A stretch of 19,971 nucleotides of DNA from Candidatus Hydrogenedentota bacterium (GTDB lineage: Bacteria > Hydrogenedentota > Hydrogenedentia > Hydrogenedentales > SLHB01): the NCBI GenBank assembly GCA_963745075.1, contig CAVUWV010000007.1, forward strand, positions 1 through 19,971, given 5' to 3'. Under the pieces are notes generated by a model. That model had not been told where the DNA came from. It ran no database searches and worked only from the letters and a program-made list of their open reading frames with translations. The position numbers and the translations under genes are program-made. Positions 8,527 to 16,243 of this stretch are shown one piece after another; the first letter of the stretch is position 1; the number at the start of each line of letters is the position of its first letter.

Positions 8527-10475
8527 GAAGTCTTCGACTCCTCGCCACACCAGACCGGCGGTATCGTTCGTGGATTTCCCAATTCGTTCAGCAGTTCAAA
8601 AGGCGGTCCGTCACCGCGCTCCCGCGTCGTGAAGAAGTTGAAGAGCAAAATGCCGTCCGCGTCCTGTTGATAGAGATCCCAACCCATCCTGCGATACGTG
8701 TCCGCCTTCGGCTCCACCTCGATGGACGCGTAAATCGGCATGGACGGCGGTAACAAGCCGCGGTACTCCGAAACCGGCAGCGTGAAATCGTTGCGGAGAT
8801 AGTGGGACACGATGACAAAGTCGATGAGTCCTTCTTTGGCCCACGTGACGGGGTCGAGCCCGATGCCCAGGTTCTGTTCGGGCTTCGCCATGATACGCGC
8901 CGACACTTCGATCGGTCGTCCGCGTTGCTCCCCCACCTCCTTGGTCATGGCACGCACCTCGCGTATCCACGCCGTCATCGTCTCAAGGTTGTCGGCTTCC
9001 GTACCTTCGGGGAAGTACATAGGGAAACGCTGAAAATCGAGTTCCAGACCGTCCGCATCAAAAGTCTCGCAGCACTCGCGCAATTCCGCCAACCGCCGTG
9101 CACGGACTTCCGGGATGGCAAAGTTCAACCCGGCCGGCAGCCAGGTGCCGACAATCGGGTTTGTGCGCGGTCCGAGGATGTTCACGTACAGATCGCTGAG
9201 CGGATCGCCGACTTTGCCAATGCGCCATTCCGGATGGTCCTTCCAAAACTTTGATAGAATCAGATGATCCTCCTTATCAACGGCGTGCACTTCGTTTAAC
9301 CGGAACGAGACAAACGTCTCCAACCCTTTTTCATTGGCGCGGTCGATAATCAGGCCGAATGGGTTGTGGCCCGCCTCGACGAGCGCGCGCAGATTGACTG
9401 CCGCACGTTCGGTGCTGGCCGGTTTCGTCTCGACACCCGGCGCAATGCTCGCCGCAAGCGCGTCACTGACGTCAACGCCCAGCATGGAAGCAACCTTGCT
9501 CGGGTAATTCATCACCATGCCGAGATTTGGCGAGGCCGAGAGGGTCGTTACTTTTGTTGCCGCGATCTGATCGACGTATTGGTACACGTCCTCGGGGGAC
9601 ATGGGCGGTTCGTCGTAAATGAACATGTTGTCCGCGTCGCTGTTGTAAATCAGCCGGGAACCGACCAACGGTTTGATCTCGTCGCCGATGGGAAGCAGAT
9701 CGAACCGTCGAAAAAAGACTTCCGCGCCTTCCGATTGAATCTGCAACCGCCCCGCCGCCGGCTTGACGTTGTAGCACTCGTTCACTTTGGTGCCGTTGAG
9801 GAAGATCGTGATCGTACCGTCACGCACGAACACCTCCAGCCGGTTCCAGTTCCCCACCGGAAATTCGACGTTGTTCGCGCCGCGAAACCCCTTGGTATCC
9901 TTCCAGCCGGGATCGCGGCCCCACCAATCGATGCGGCCGCCTTTGATGGTGAGCGGCGTTCCACTCTCGCGGTATACGTGTGGAACGCCGTCCGCGGGAT
10001 CGGCGACGGTGGCCGTCAACTGATACGCGTCCGTGTTGTCACCCACGGCAAGCAAATCACCCGTACCGCCCTCGATCATCTGGACTTCCATGGACTTCAT
10101 CCACGTGCCGCTGTAGCCGCCGTCTTCACCGGTGGAATTAACGAGAATGCCGCTGTCCCGGGCGCGTTCGACACGCGGCGCGTGCGTGGCCGTGCCCCAT
10201 TTGAACTCGGCGATGAGGTGGTAGCTCTCGAATTCTTCGTTTGTCGTGACGCAGCCCCACTCTTCCCCGCTGATGTGGATCAAGCCGTCGTGGACTGTAA
10301 AGACATTCTTGGGATCGGTATCGCGTCCGCGATCCTTGATCCACTTGTAAAACCCGTCGAGGTCTTGTCCGTTAAAAAGCCGAATGCCTTCCGCGGGCGG
10401 GGTCACCGCCGCATGGGCGGCATGCATCGGCACGGTAAGCGACAGTACACACAACAACAGCGGCACACGTGTCAT
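8523..10475 (-). CDS. Secreted fusion of DUF1080 (3-keto-disaccharide hydrolase-like) and a GHL10-like TIM-barrel glycoside hydrolase
   Basis: ATG 10475 follows AAGGGGAG; signal peptide ending AAHA. The N-domain has LFNGQDLDGF, RDSGIL, EVQMIEGGTGD, GNWNRLEV, GRLQIQSEGAEVFFR. The C-domain has RLIYNSDA, SFRLNEVH, LNFAIPEVR, DADGLELDFQR, ADGILLFNFF. Confidence 0.85.
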   Translation of the reverse strand: MTRVPLLLCVLSLTVPMHAAHAAVTPPAEGIRLFNGQDLDGFYKWIKDRGRDTDPKNVFTVHDGLIHISGEEWGCVTTNEEFESYHLIAEFKWGTATHAPRVERARDSGILVNSTGEDGGYSGTWMKSMEVQMIEGGTGDLLAVGDNTDAYQLTATVADPADGVPHVYRESGTPLTIKGGRIDWWGRDPGWKDTKGFRGANNVEFPVGNWNRLEVFVRDGTITIFLNGTKVNECYNVKPAAGRLQIQSEGAEVFFRRFDLLPIGDEIKPLVGSRLIYNSDADNMFIYDEPPMSPEDVYQYVDQIAATKVTTLSASPNLGMVMNYPSKVASMLGVDVSDALAASIAPGVETKPASTERAAVNLRALVEAGHNPFGLIIDRANEKGLETFVSFRLNEVHAVDKEDHLILSKFWKDHPEWRIGKVGDPLSDLYVNILGPRTNPIVGTWLPAGLNFAIPEVRARRLAELRECCETFDADGLELDFQRFPMYFPEGTEADNLETMTAWIREVRAMTKEVGEQRGRPIEVSARIMAKPEQNLGIGLDPVTWAKEGLIDFVIVSHYLRNDFTLPVSEYRGLLPPSMPIYASIEVEPKADTYRRMGWDLYQQDADGILLFNFFTTRERGDGPPFELLNELGNPRTIPPVWCGEESKTS

Positions 10476-10530
10476 GTTGAAATGACTCCCCTTGTGATTG
10501 TTGGAATGGAACGGTTCGCACTCACGCCCG

Positions 10531-10559
10531 AGTGTATCGCCTTGGGCCCAAGTTGTCCA
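10531..10559 (-). promoter_or_regulatory. Putative sigma70 promoter of the carbohydrate-enzyme operon, with a palindrome in the spacer
   Basis: TGGACA (10554-10559)-N17-TACACT (10531-10536). A perfect 12-bp palindrome CTTGGGCCCAAG lies at 10541-10552. Confidence 0.5.
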
Positions 10560-10593
10560 GCAATGAACGAGGTCCCGGTCCTCCGCTGCCACG

Positions 10594-11697
10594 TTACGCC
10601 AACTTGCGCGATTCCGCGACGATCGCGCCGATTCGCGTCGCCATGCGGGACAGCGGAACGGGTTCATCGGACAGGCCGGCGTCCTCCACCGCCTTGGGCA
10701 TCCCGTAGACGGCACAGGACGCTTCATCCTGGGTGATGCAATACCCACCACGCTTCTTGATCGCCCGAACGCCGGCGCAACCGTCCGACCCCATACCGGT
10801 CATGATCGCGGTCAGCACGCCGAGCGGTCCGCATTCGGCAATGGAGTGAAACAGCACGTCGACCGATGGACGGCACCCGTGCACCGGGGCTCGGTCGTGC
10901 AATGCGATCGTGCGCCCAATACCGATTCCGGAAACGAGAACCATGTGCAGCCCCCCCGGGGCAATCAGGATAGTTCCGGCCTGGGGTGCCTCGCCCGCTT
11001 CGGCCTCGCGGACGGTCAAGGCAGATACCCGATCCAGCCGCTCCGCCAGCGAGCGTGTAAACACGGGCGGCATGTGTTGGACCAGAAGAATGGGTACGCC
11101 TAAATCCGCCGGCAAGAACGGAATCATGTGTTGCAGCGCCTCCGGCCCCCCCGCCGAGATTCCAATGGCAACCAGTTCGATACGCCGATTCGGTTTTAGC
11201 GGCTCTGTGGGCCGTCTCCTCTTTCGCGTGCTATCGTGCTCGGGACTGATGGCGTGCCGGTTCGCCCGTATCACACTGCTTGCGTTCGCAGCGATACGGC
11301 GCGCGTTAAAGGCACAGACCAACGGGAATATCTGACGCACCAGGTCGGCGTGCCCTTCTCCCGGACGGTTGCCGGCGGGTCTGCGGACAAATCCCAGCGC
11401 GCCCGCGTCCATAGCGGCGAGCGTCAACTCGGCTTGCCGGCGTTCCGCATCGCTCACCATGATTACGCCAACGTGAGGATAGCGGCGACGCAACGCGTCG
11501 AGAACTTGAAGCCCGGCCGTGGCCGCCAGCAGCACAACGTGGATATCTTCCCGCCCGATACGGGCAATGCCATCCGCGTCGGGCGCCCCCGATCCGCACA
11601 TGACAACGCGTGGGAGCGCCAACGCCACCTCGCTGAGGATCCGTCGGCTGTCCCGCGAGTCGTCCAGAACAAGCACATTGATCTCTTCCAAACTCAC
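10594..11697 (-). CDS. cheB: Protein-glutamate methylesterase CheB with a degenerate receiver domain
   Basis: Catalytic Ser-His-Asp motifs GISAGGP, VQHMPPVFT, TGMGSDG; also APGGLH, RPSVDVLF, QDEASCAVYGMP. The N-terminal REC-like domain begins INVLVLDDS. Confidence 0.93.
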   Translation of the reverse strand: MSLEEINVLVLDDSRDSRRILSEVALALPRVVMCGSGAPDADGIARIGREDIHVVLLAATAGLQVLDALRRRYPHVGVIMVSDAERRQAELTLAAMDAGALGFVRRPAGNRPGEGHADLVRQIFPLVCAFNARRIAANASSVIRANRHAISPEHDSTRKRRRPTEPLKPNRRIELVAIGISAGGPEALQHMIPFLPADLGVPILLVQHMPPVFTRSLAERLDRVSALTVREAEAGEAPQAGTILIAPGGLHMVLVSGIGIGRTIALHDRAPVHGCRPSVDVLFHSIAECGPLGVLTAIMTGMGSDGCAGVRAIKKRGGYCITQDEASCAVYGMPKAVEDAGLSDEPVPLSRMATRIGAIVAESRKLA

Positions 11698-11786
11698 GAT
11701 CGCAGAAACCTACGCTAAACCGGGGCGCTTGGCCCGCCCTCACTGCGCCACCCGGCAACAACTCGTCGCAGGTGGATACCGCTCAA

Positions 11787-11795
11787 AGAATACCA
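11787..11795 (-). promoter_or_regulatory. Possible extended -10 promoter for cheB
   Basis: Minus strand TGGTATTCT (TGnTATTCT) about 90 nt upstream of the GTG. No -35. Confidence 0.3.
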
Positions 11796-11906
11796 CAGAA
11801 AGGGATGGGCCTTCGTAGCACCGTGAAGTCGCTTTTGTCGTTCAGGTTCTCAAGAAACGCGTTTCAAGAATGGTCCCGGCGCCCTCCAACAACAAAGGAT
11901 CAAATC

Positions 11907-11928
11907 GTCGTGCGGGCTTCCAGCCTGC
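11907..11928 (+). repeat. Solitary REP-like hairpin
   Basis: GTCGT-GCGGGC-TTCCA-GCCTGC resembles GTAG-type REP units with a GCxGGCTTCCAGCCTGC core. One copy in the window. Confidence 0.3.
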
Positions 11929-12010
11929 TCCCGAGGCAAGTCGCCACCCTCGATGACGGCAAAAGCCCTGCTTTTGAAACACGCGCTAAACTCGAGCCAT
12001 CGCGAACCGT

Positions 12011-12038
12011 TTGAACCTCTGGCGCTTCATGATACGAT
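12011..12038 (+). promoter_or_regulatory. Putative sigma70 promoter for the BNR/sialidase gene
   Basis: TTGAAC-N16-TACGAT with TGn extension, followed by strong RBS TAAGGAGG (12073-12080). Confidence 0.5.
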
Positions 12039-12089
12039 GCCCGGGACCAGCACATTGCGATCTGCGATCCAATAAGGAGGAATACGCGC

Positions 12090-13847
12090 GTGGACATGGA
12101 GCATCTTTCGCGCACGGCGATACTGCGGTACTTGCTAGTGGCTTGCGCAATACAAATCATCGTATCACTGTCCCATGCGGCCGCGATTCCCAACCTGGAC
12201 AGCAGCAGCACGATCGGAACCGCGGCGCCGGTCGTGCTGGGTGAACGGCAGGGCGGCGCAATTCTTTTGCCGGACGGCCGGTTGAAGCGATTTGTTTCGG
12301 AGGGCGCCGGCGAGCCGAATGCATACAAGAACTATTCGTTGACCTCGTCGGACGGCGGCATCACGTGGGGCAATCGCCGATTCGAGTATGAAGGTCCCCG
12401 GGCAAACCTTCCGTTGCTGGACAAGGACGGCGAATACCATGTCTTCCCCATGGTCGCGCGGCTCGAAGAAGGCAAGAAAGAAATCGCCGTCACGTACTTC
12501 ATTGACATCTGGCACGTGAAGACCAGAAACGCCGGCACCACATGGGACGAACCGCAGCGCATCTTCGAAGGCTATGTCGGCTCTATCAACAACGTCACCC
12601 AATTGGGTAATGGTCGCATCATCGTGCCCTTCGCGAAATGGATCGGGGGACGACCGCAAGGTCCGCCGACGGGTGCGAACGTGACGACCTGCGTGCATTC
12701 CGACGATGGCGGGGAAACGTGGAGTCTATCGCCCGCCGAACTCACCGCCCCTTGCTATACGGACTTCAACGGAAGCGGCTACGGCGCCTGCGAGCCGGTA
12801 ATTATCGAATTGAAAGATGGTCGCGTGTACATGCTCGCGCGAACGGAAACCGGGATGCTATACGAGTCCTATTCGCCGGACGGCGTCCATTGGGACCCGC
12901 TCCGGCCGTCGCGTTTTCTGTCCACGGACGCGCCCGCCGCGTTGATCCGTCTACCGGACGACCGCATCTTGCTGTTTTGGAATGGCTGCGAGAAGCCGCC
13001 GCGTCACAACGGCGACGGCGTCTATGGCGGGCGCGACGTCCTTCACGCCGCGATCTCGTCGGACGAGTGCCGGACGTGGCAGGGCTTCCGCGAAGTCTAT
13101 CGCGATCCGACACGGAACGAATCTCCGCAGAAGACGGGCGACCGGGGCACGGCCTATCCCATGCCCTACCTCGCGCCGAACGGCAAGGTGCTCGTCATGG
13201 CGGGACAGGGACGCTCCGGCGCGACGTTTATCTTCGACCCCGACTGGCTCCTCGAAACCCACGCCGAAGATGACTTCTCGAACGGTCTCGACGGCTGGTC
13301 CGTGTTCAAGCATTTCGGTCCCGCCGAACGATGGTGGCGGGACCGCACGCAAGGCGCGGTGCTGGTAGACCATCCCGACCGGCCCGGCGCAAAGGCCCTC
13401 CATATCCGCCGTCCCGACGACAAATCGGGCGACGGTGCCGTATGGAATTTCCCCATGGGCCGGCGCGGCGCGTTGACGTTGCGCTTGAAACTACAGGAAG
13501 GTTTCGGCGGGGCGGTCATTTCGTTGCTCGATCGCTTCTTCAACCCCACCGATGTGCGCGGCGATGACGAGGCAATTCTTACATTACCCATCCAACCCGA
13601 CGGCCACGTCTCGCTCGGTAATGCGTTCAGCGTGGGCGAATGGCACACGCTTCGTTTCGAGTGGGATCTGGCGAATCGCACTTGCGTAGTGCGCGTTGAC
13701 GGCGACCCGACGGCGTATCTCAAACCCAACTACCGGCAGCCGCTTGGGATTAATTATGTGCGCATACGGTCAACGGCAGAAGGGGTAGATGAAGCGGGGC
13801 TGTTGCTGGAGTCAGTCACCGCAGACGTGCACCACGACGACGAATAG
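12090..13847 (+). CDS. Secreted BNR/Asp-box beta-propeller (exo-alpha-sialidase family) with a C-terminal beta-sandwich domain
   Basis: Signal peptide. Asp boxes SSDGGITW, TRNAGTTW, SDDGGETW, SPDGVHW, SSDECRTW. Also CEPVIIELKDGRVYMLAR and AYP. The C-terminal ~190 aa look ConA/lectin-like (GEWHTLRFEWD..VRVDG). Confidence 0.88.
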   Translation: MDMEHLSRTAILRYLLVACAIQIIVSLSHAAAIPNLDSSSTIGTAAPVVLGERQGGAILLPDGRLKRFVSEGAGEPNAYKNYSLTSSDGGITWGNRRFEYEGPRANLPLLDKDGEYHVFPMVARLEEGKKEIAVTYFIDIWHVKTRNAGTTWDEPQRIFEGYVGSINNVTQLGNGRIIVPFAKWIGGRPQGPPTGANVTTCVHSDDGGETWSLSPAELTAPCYTDFNGSGYGACEPVIIELKDGRVYMLARTETGMLYESYSPDGVHWDPLRPSRFLSTDAPAALIRLPDDRILLFWNGCEKPPRHNGDGVYGGRDVLHAAISSDECRTWQGFREVYRDPTRNESPQKTGDRGTAYPMPYLAPNGKVLVMAGQGRSGATFIFDPDWLLETHAEDDFSNGLDGWSVFKHFGPAERWWRDRTQGAVLVDHPDRPGAKALHIRRPDDKSGDGAVWNFPMGRRGALTLRLKLQEGFGGAVISLLDRFFNPTDVRGDDEAILTLPIQPDGHVSLGNAFSVGEWHTLRFEWDLANRTCVVRVDGDPTAYLKPNYRQPLGINYVRIRSTAEGVDEAGLLLESVTADVHHDDE

Positions 13848-13863
13848 CGCCGAATTCGACAAC

Positions 13864-13901
13864 GTGGATTTCTACGTAGGATTTGTGTTAGTCAAATCCA
13901 C
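13864..13901. repeat. Inverted repeat between convergent genes (possible terminator or REP-like hairpin)
   Basis: GGATTTG (13879-13885)-N7-CAAATCC (13893-13899), preceded by GTAG. GTGGATTT (13864-13871) can pair alternatively with AAATCCAC (13894-13901). Confidence 0.4.
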
Positions 13902-13916
13902 CTTCCAATGCCACGA

Positions 13917-13942
13917 TGGAATTCCCCGTTCGCGGGATGACG
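13917..13942 (-). repeat. Degenerate CGTC-type REP-like palindrome
   Basis: Minus strand CGTCATCCCGCGAACGGGGAATTCCA resembles the widespread CGTCATTCCCGCGnAnGCGGGAATCCA repeat. Confidence 0.4.
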
Positions 13943-13957
13943 GCGCGGGCAGATTCA

Positions 13958-14203
13958 CTACAACTTGGCGTGGTCGATACGCCTACTGCGCGAACGCAGG
14001 TTTGCGACGACTCCCTGGCTAATAACGTAACTGAAACCGTATATCAGCATGCAAGCCGTGTGCAGCGCGCCTGGCACGAGGTCGTTCGTACCGGAGGTCT
14101 CGAACCCAATCCAAACAAGCCCGTATATCAGGAAGGCGATTCCGAGACCTTTCAAACAGCCACGAAAGAAGTACCTGTTCATAAGCTTTGTAGACCCGGC
14201 CAT
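13958..14203 (-). CDS. Small hypothetical membrane protein (81 aa, 2 TM)
   Basis: RBS TAAGGAAG precedes the ATG, 16 nt after the upstream stop. Two hydrophobic segments and a basic C-tail. Confidence 0.6.
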   Translation of the reverse strand: MAGSTKLMNRYFFRGCLKGLGIAFLIYGLVWIGFETSGTNDLVPGALHTACMLIYGFSYVISQGVVANLRSRSRRIDHAKL

Positions 14204-14219
14204 TAGCTTCTTCCTTAAT

Positions 14220-15662
14220 TCACGTTGTGGCGGAATCCATACCCGCGGGTAGGACCGGAGTACCTCTACTCGAATCGTACGTCCTTAGTATGAACCACGT
14301 CGTAATCAGCGCCGCGACAGTGAAGGTACCATGCACAAAGAAGAGCGATGCATGGCTTTCCAGAATGACAGACAGCGCCGACTTCCCCTCCGGTGGGAAA
14401 AAGAAATCCTTCAAGAAGAACGACCGCACGCAAGCAACCGCGTAGCAGGACCAGAGCACGAGCAGGAAGAGACGTTGTATGGGCCGGGGTCCGCTTTGAA
14501 AACGATAGGTAAGAATCGCAACCGCGGCAGTAGACAGAAGTAAGATAACCATCTGAACCGGGAACGACAACGCATATCCGAACCGATCCGCCTCGCTCAA
14601 GTCGCGCACGTAGTCCAGCACCGTGTGGAACACCGTCAAGGTTATCGCCACCTGCCAGGCTGCGTGCAGCGAATACAATCCCAAAACGATGCTGATGCCG
14701 CCAAAGAAAATGAAGCCGAACACAATACGGAAAACGCCGCGAACCGCGATGGCGGAAATGGCCGTACTTTGGCTGAACCCTTCAGGTAACACATTTTCGA
14801 GAATGGGGTAACTGACAAATATCGCGGCGGCAAAGGCAAAAAATGCCAACAGGGGCCCCCACCGGGCCGGAGGTGTTTCACCTTCCTGACCCGCCACGCG
14901 TAATCGCTCGCGATTCCGGTAGGCGCAATACCCCAACGCCGCCCCGAATATCAAACCGAAGGAAAATTCCATGGCCTTCCACCAGCCGATCCATTTCTGA
15001 GGAATGGGGATGCTGGAGCCATACGCCAGCCAGAGGGCCCCTCCGCCGAAACCAACCGCCCCGCCCAGAGCGCCCCAGAGCGCAAACCGGAATGGAATGG
15101 CAAACGCCTCCGCGGTGCCGCGGCTTCGCAGGAATCCCAGGAACGCCAGCGCCGCAAACAACAAACCGGCCCAGGATTCGTCGCGGGGTTTTTCGACGCG
15201 GTTGGAAAAGTAGATAAGCTTGGGATCGTTAATAAGCTTCACGCCGACGTAGAACGCGATCATCGTAATGATGATGGCAATCGTGAGCGTCTTGCGGTCG
15301 TACCGGTCGCGCGTCAATCCTACGCCAAGGACCGCCCCGCCGAGAAGTCCCCACACTCCCCCCTTCACCACGCACCCCAGCACGCCCCAATACACGGTCC
15401 CCGGTTCCATCAGGAATCCGAGCGTCTGGCCGTAGGTCATGTCGCCCCCGTAACCGATGCCCACCGCGCCAAAAACTGCTGCCATCGCGGCCGTTTCCAT
15501 CCGGTATCCCAACAGCAGGCACAGACTGAGCGCCACAAAGCAGCCCGGGATCAACGCCCCAAAGGGCCCGCCACCAATGTACCCGCGTAATCCCCACCCG
15601 AGTAGCATGGCAATAGCAGGAAAAACGACGTATACCCATCCGGGTTGCTGTTTCGGCTCCAT
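14220..15662 (-). CDS. Uncharacterised Gly-rich polytopic membrane protein (480 aa)
   Basis: RBS GAGGA. Roughly 12-14 hydrophobic segments. Motifs GWGLRGYIGGGPFGA, GYGGDMTYGQTLG, PRDESWAG, WWKAMEFSFG. Confidence 0.85.
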   Translation of the reverse strand: MEPKQQPGWVYVVFPAIAMLLGWGLRGYIGGGPFGALIPGCFVALSLCLLLGYRMETAAMAAVFGAVGIGYGGDMTYGQTLGFLMEPGTVYWGVLGCVVKGGVWGLLGGAVLGVGLTRDRYDRKTLTIAIIITMIAFYVGVKLINDPKLIYFSNRVEKPRDESWAGLLFAALAFLGFLRSRGTAEAFAIPFRFALWGALGGAVGFGGGALWLAYGSSIPIPQKWIGWWKAMEFSFGLIFGAALGYCAYRNRERLRVAGQEGETPPARWGPLLAFFAFAAAIFVSYPILENVLPEGFSQSTAISAIAVRGVFRIVFGFIFFGGISIVLGLYSLHAAWQVAITLTVFHTVLDYVRDLSEADRFGYALSFPVQMVILLLSTAAVAILTYRFQSGPRPIQRLFLLVLWSCYAVACVRSFFLKDFFFPPEGKSALSVILESHASLFFVHGTFTVAALITTWFILRTYDSSRGTPVLPAGMDSATT

Positions 15663-15698
15663 TGGGATCTATCCTCGCTCCAGTTCAGTTGAGACGCC

Positions 15699-15726
15699 AG
15701 CATATCACAAACGGAATGGGGGACAA
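15699..15726 (-). promoter_or_regulatory. Putative sigma70 promoter for the membrane-protein pair
   Basis: TTGTCC (15721-15726)-N16-TATGCT (15699-15704), with TGn extension. Confidence 0.5.
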
Positions 15727-15790
15727 TTGTCGGCGAACGTGAACCGTTCACTGCCACAGGCCACTTTGGAGACCCGAGCAATCTTCAATC

Positions 15791-16123
15791 CTACTCCGTT
15801 GAATCGTCTTCGAGTGTCCGCTTCAGCCCGGTGAGTTGACCGGCCCAGAGATCCTCGTACCCGCTGACCCAGCGCTCGTAGATTTGGCGAATGGGCACCG
15901 CATTCAATGAATTCAAACGGCGCCGGCCCTCGCTGCGCGTGATGACAAGTCGCGCCTCCCGCAGCACGTCGAGATGTTTCATAACCCCGAATCGCGAGAG
16001 ATGAGTGAACTGCGAGACGATTTCCGTCGTCGTTCGGGAACCGTCCCGCAGATAATCCAGAATCTCGCGCCGCGTCGGGTCCGCTAACGCCTTCCACACA
16101 GTATCGAGGTCTTCAGACACCAT
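15791..16123 (-). CDS. ArsR/SmtB-family transcriptional regulator (110 aa)
   Basis: VWKALADPTRREIL, LSRFGVMKHLDVLREARLV, EGRRRLNSL. ATG 16123 follows GGGAAG. No Cys metal site. Confidence 0.92.
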   Translation of the reverse strand: MVSEDLDTVWKALADPTRREILDYLRDGSRTTTEIVSQFTHLSRFGVMKHLDVLREARLVITRSEGRRRLNSLNAVPIRQIYERWVSGYEDLWAGQLTGLKRTLEDDSTE

Positions 16124-16162
16124 ACTTCCCCACGCATAGTTGTGGACGCTCGATCGCACGGA

Positions 16163-16230
16163 GCTCGCATTTCTCACCGCCGGAACACTTGTCGTATGGA
16201 CCAACGTCCCAGGCGGTGAGAAATGCTCGC
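16163..16230. mobile_element. MITE-like miniature inverted-repeat element
   Basis: Perfect 15-bp IR GCATTTCTCACCGCC (16167-16181) / GGCGGTGAGAAATGC (16212-16226). Alternatively, a 56-bp unit with 13-bp TIRs flanked by GCTCGC direct repeats (16163-16168, 16225-16230). Confidence 0.4.
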
Positions 16231-16243
16231 GAAAAAAACCAGG

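Noticed and set aside
9366..10736. 456-aa plus-strand ORF
   Set aside because: Antisense shadow of DUF1080::GHL10 and cheB in high-GC DNA, with no motifs.
10476..10751. Upstream extension of the 742-aa ORF overlapping cheB
   Set aside because: It overlaps the cheB 3' end. RBS, promoter and signal peptide support ATG 10475.
11698..11900. c-di-GMP riboswitch or sigma28 promoter upstream of cheB
   Set aside because: I could not find the GEMM core or a TAAA-N15-GCCGATAA match by eye. An Rfam scan would be needed to exclude it fully.
11772..12328. ORFs 11772..12014 (+) and 11900..12328 (-)
   Set aside because: No RBS or motifs, and they overlap the promoter and start of the sialidase-like gene.
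16124..16204. N-terminal extension of ArsR
   Set aside because: It runs through the inverted repeat. The family-typical start is ATG 16123.
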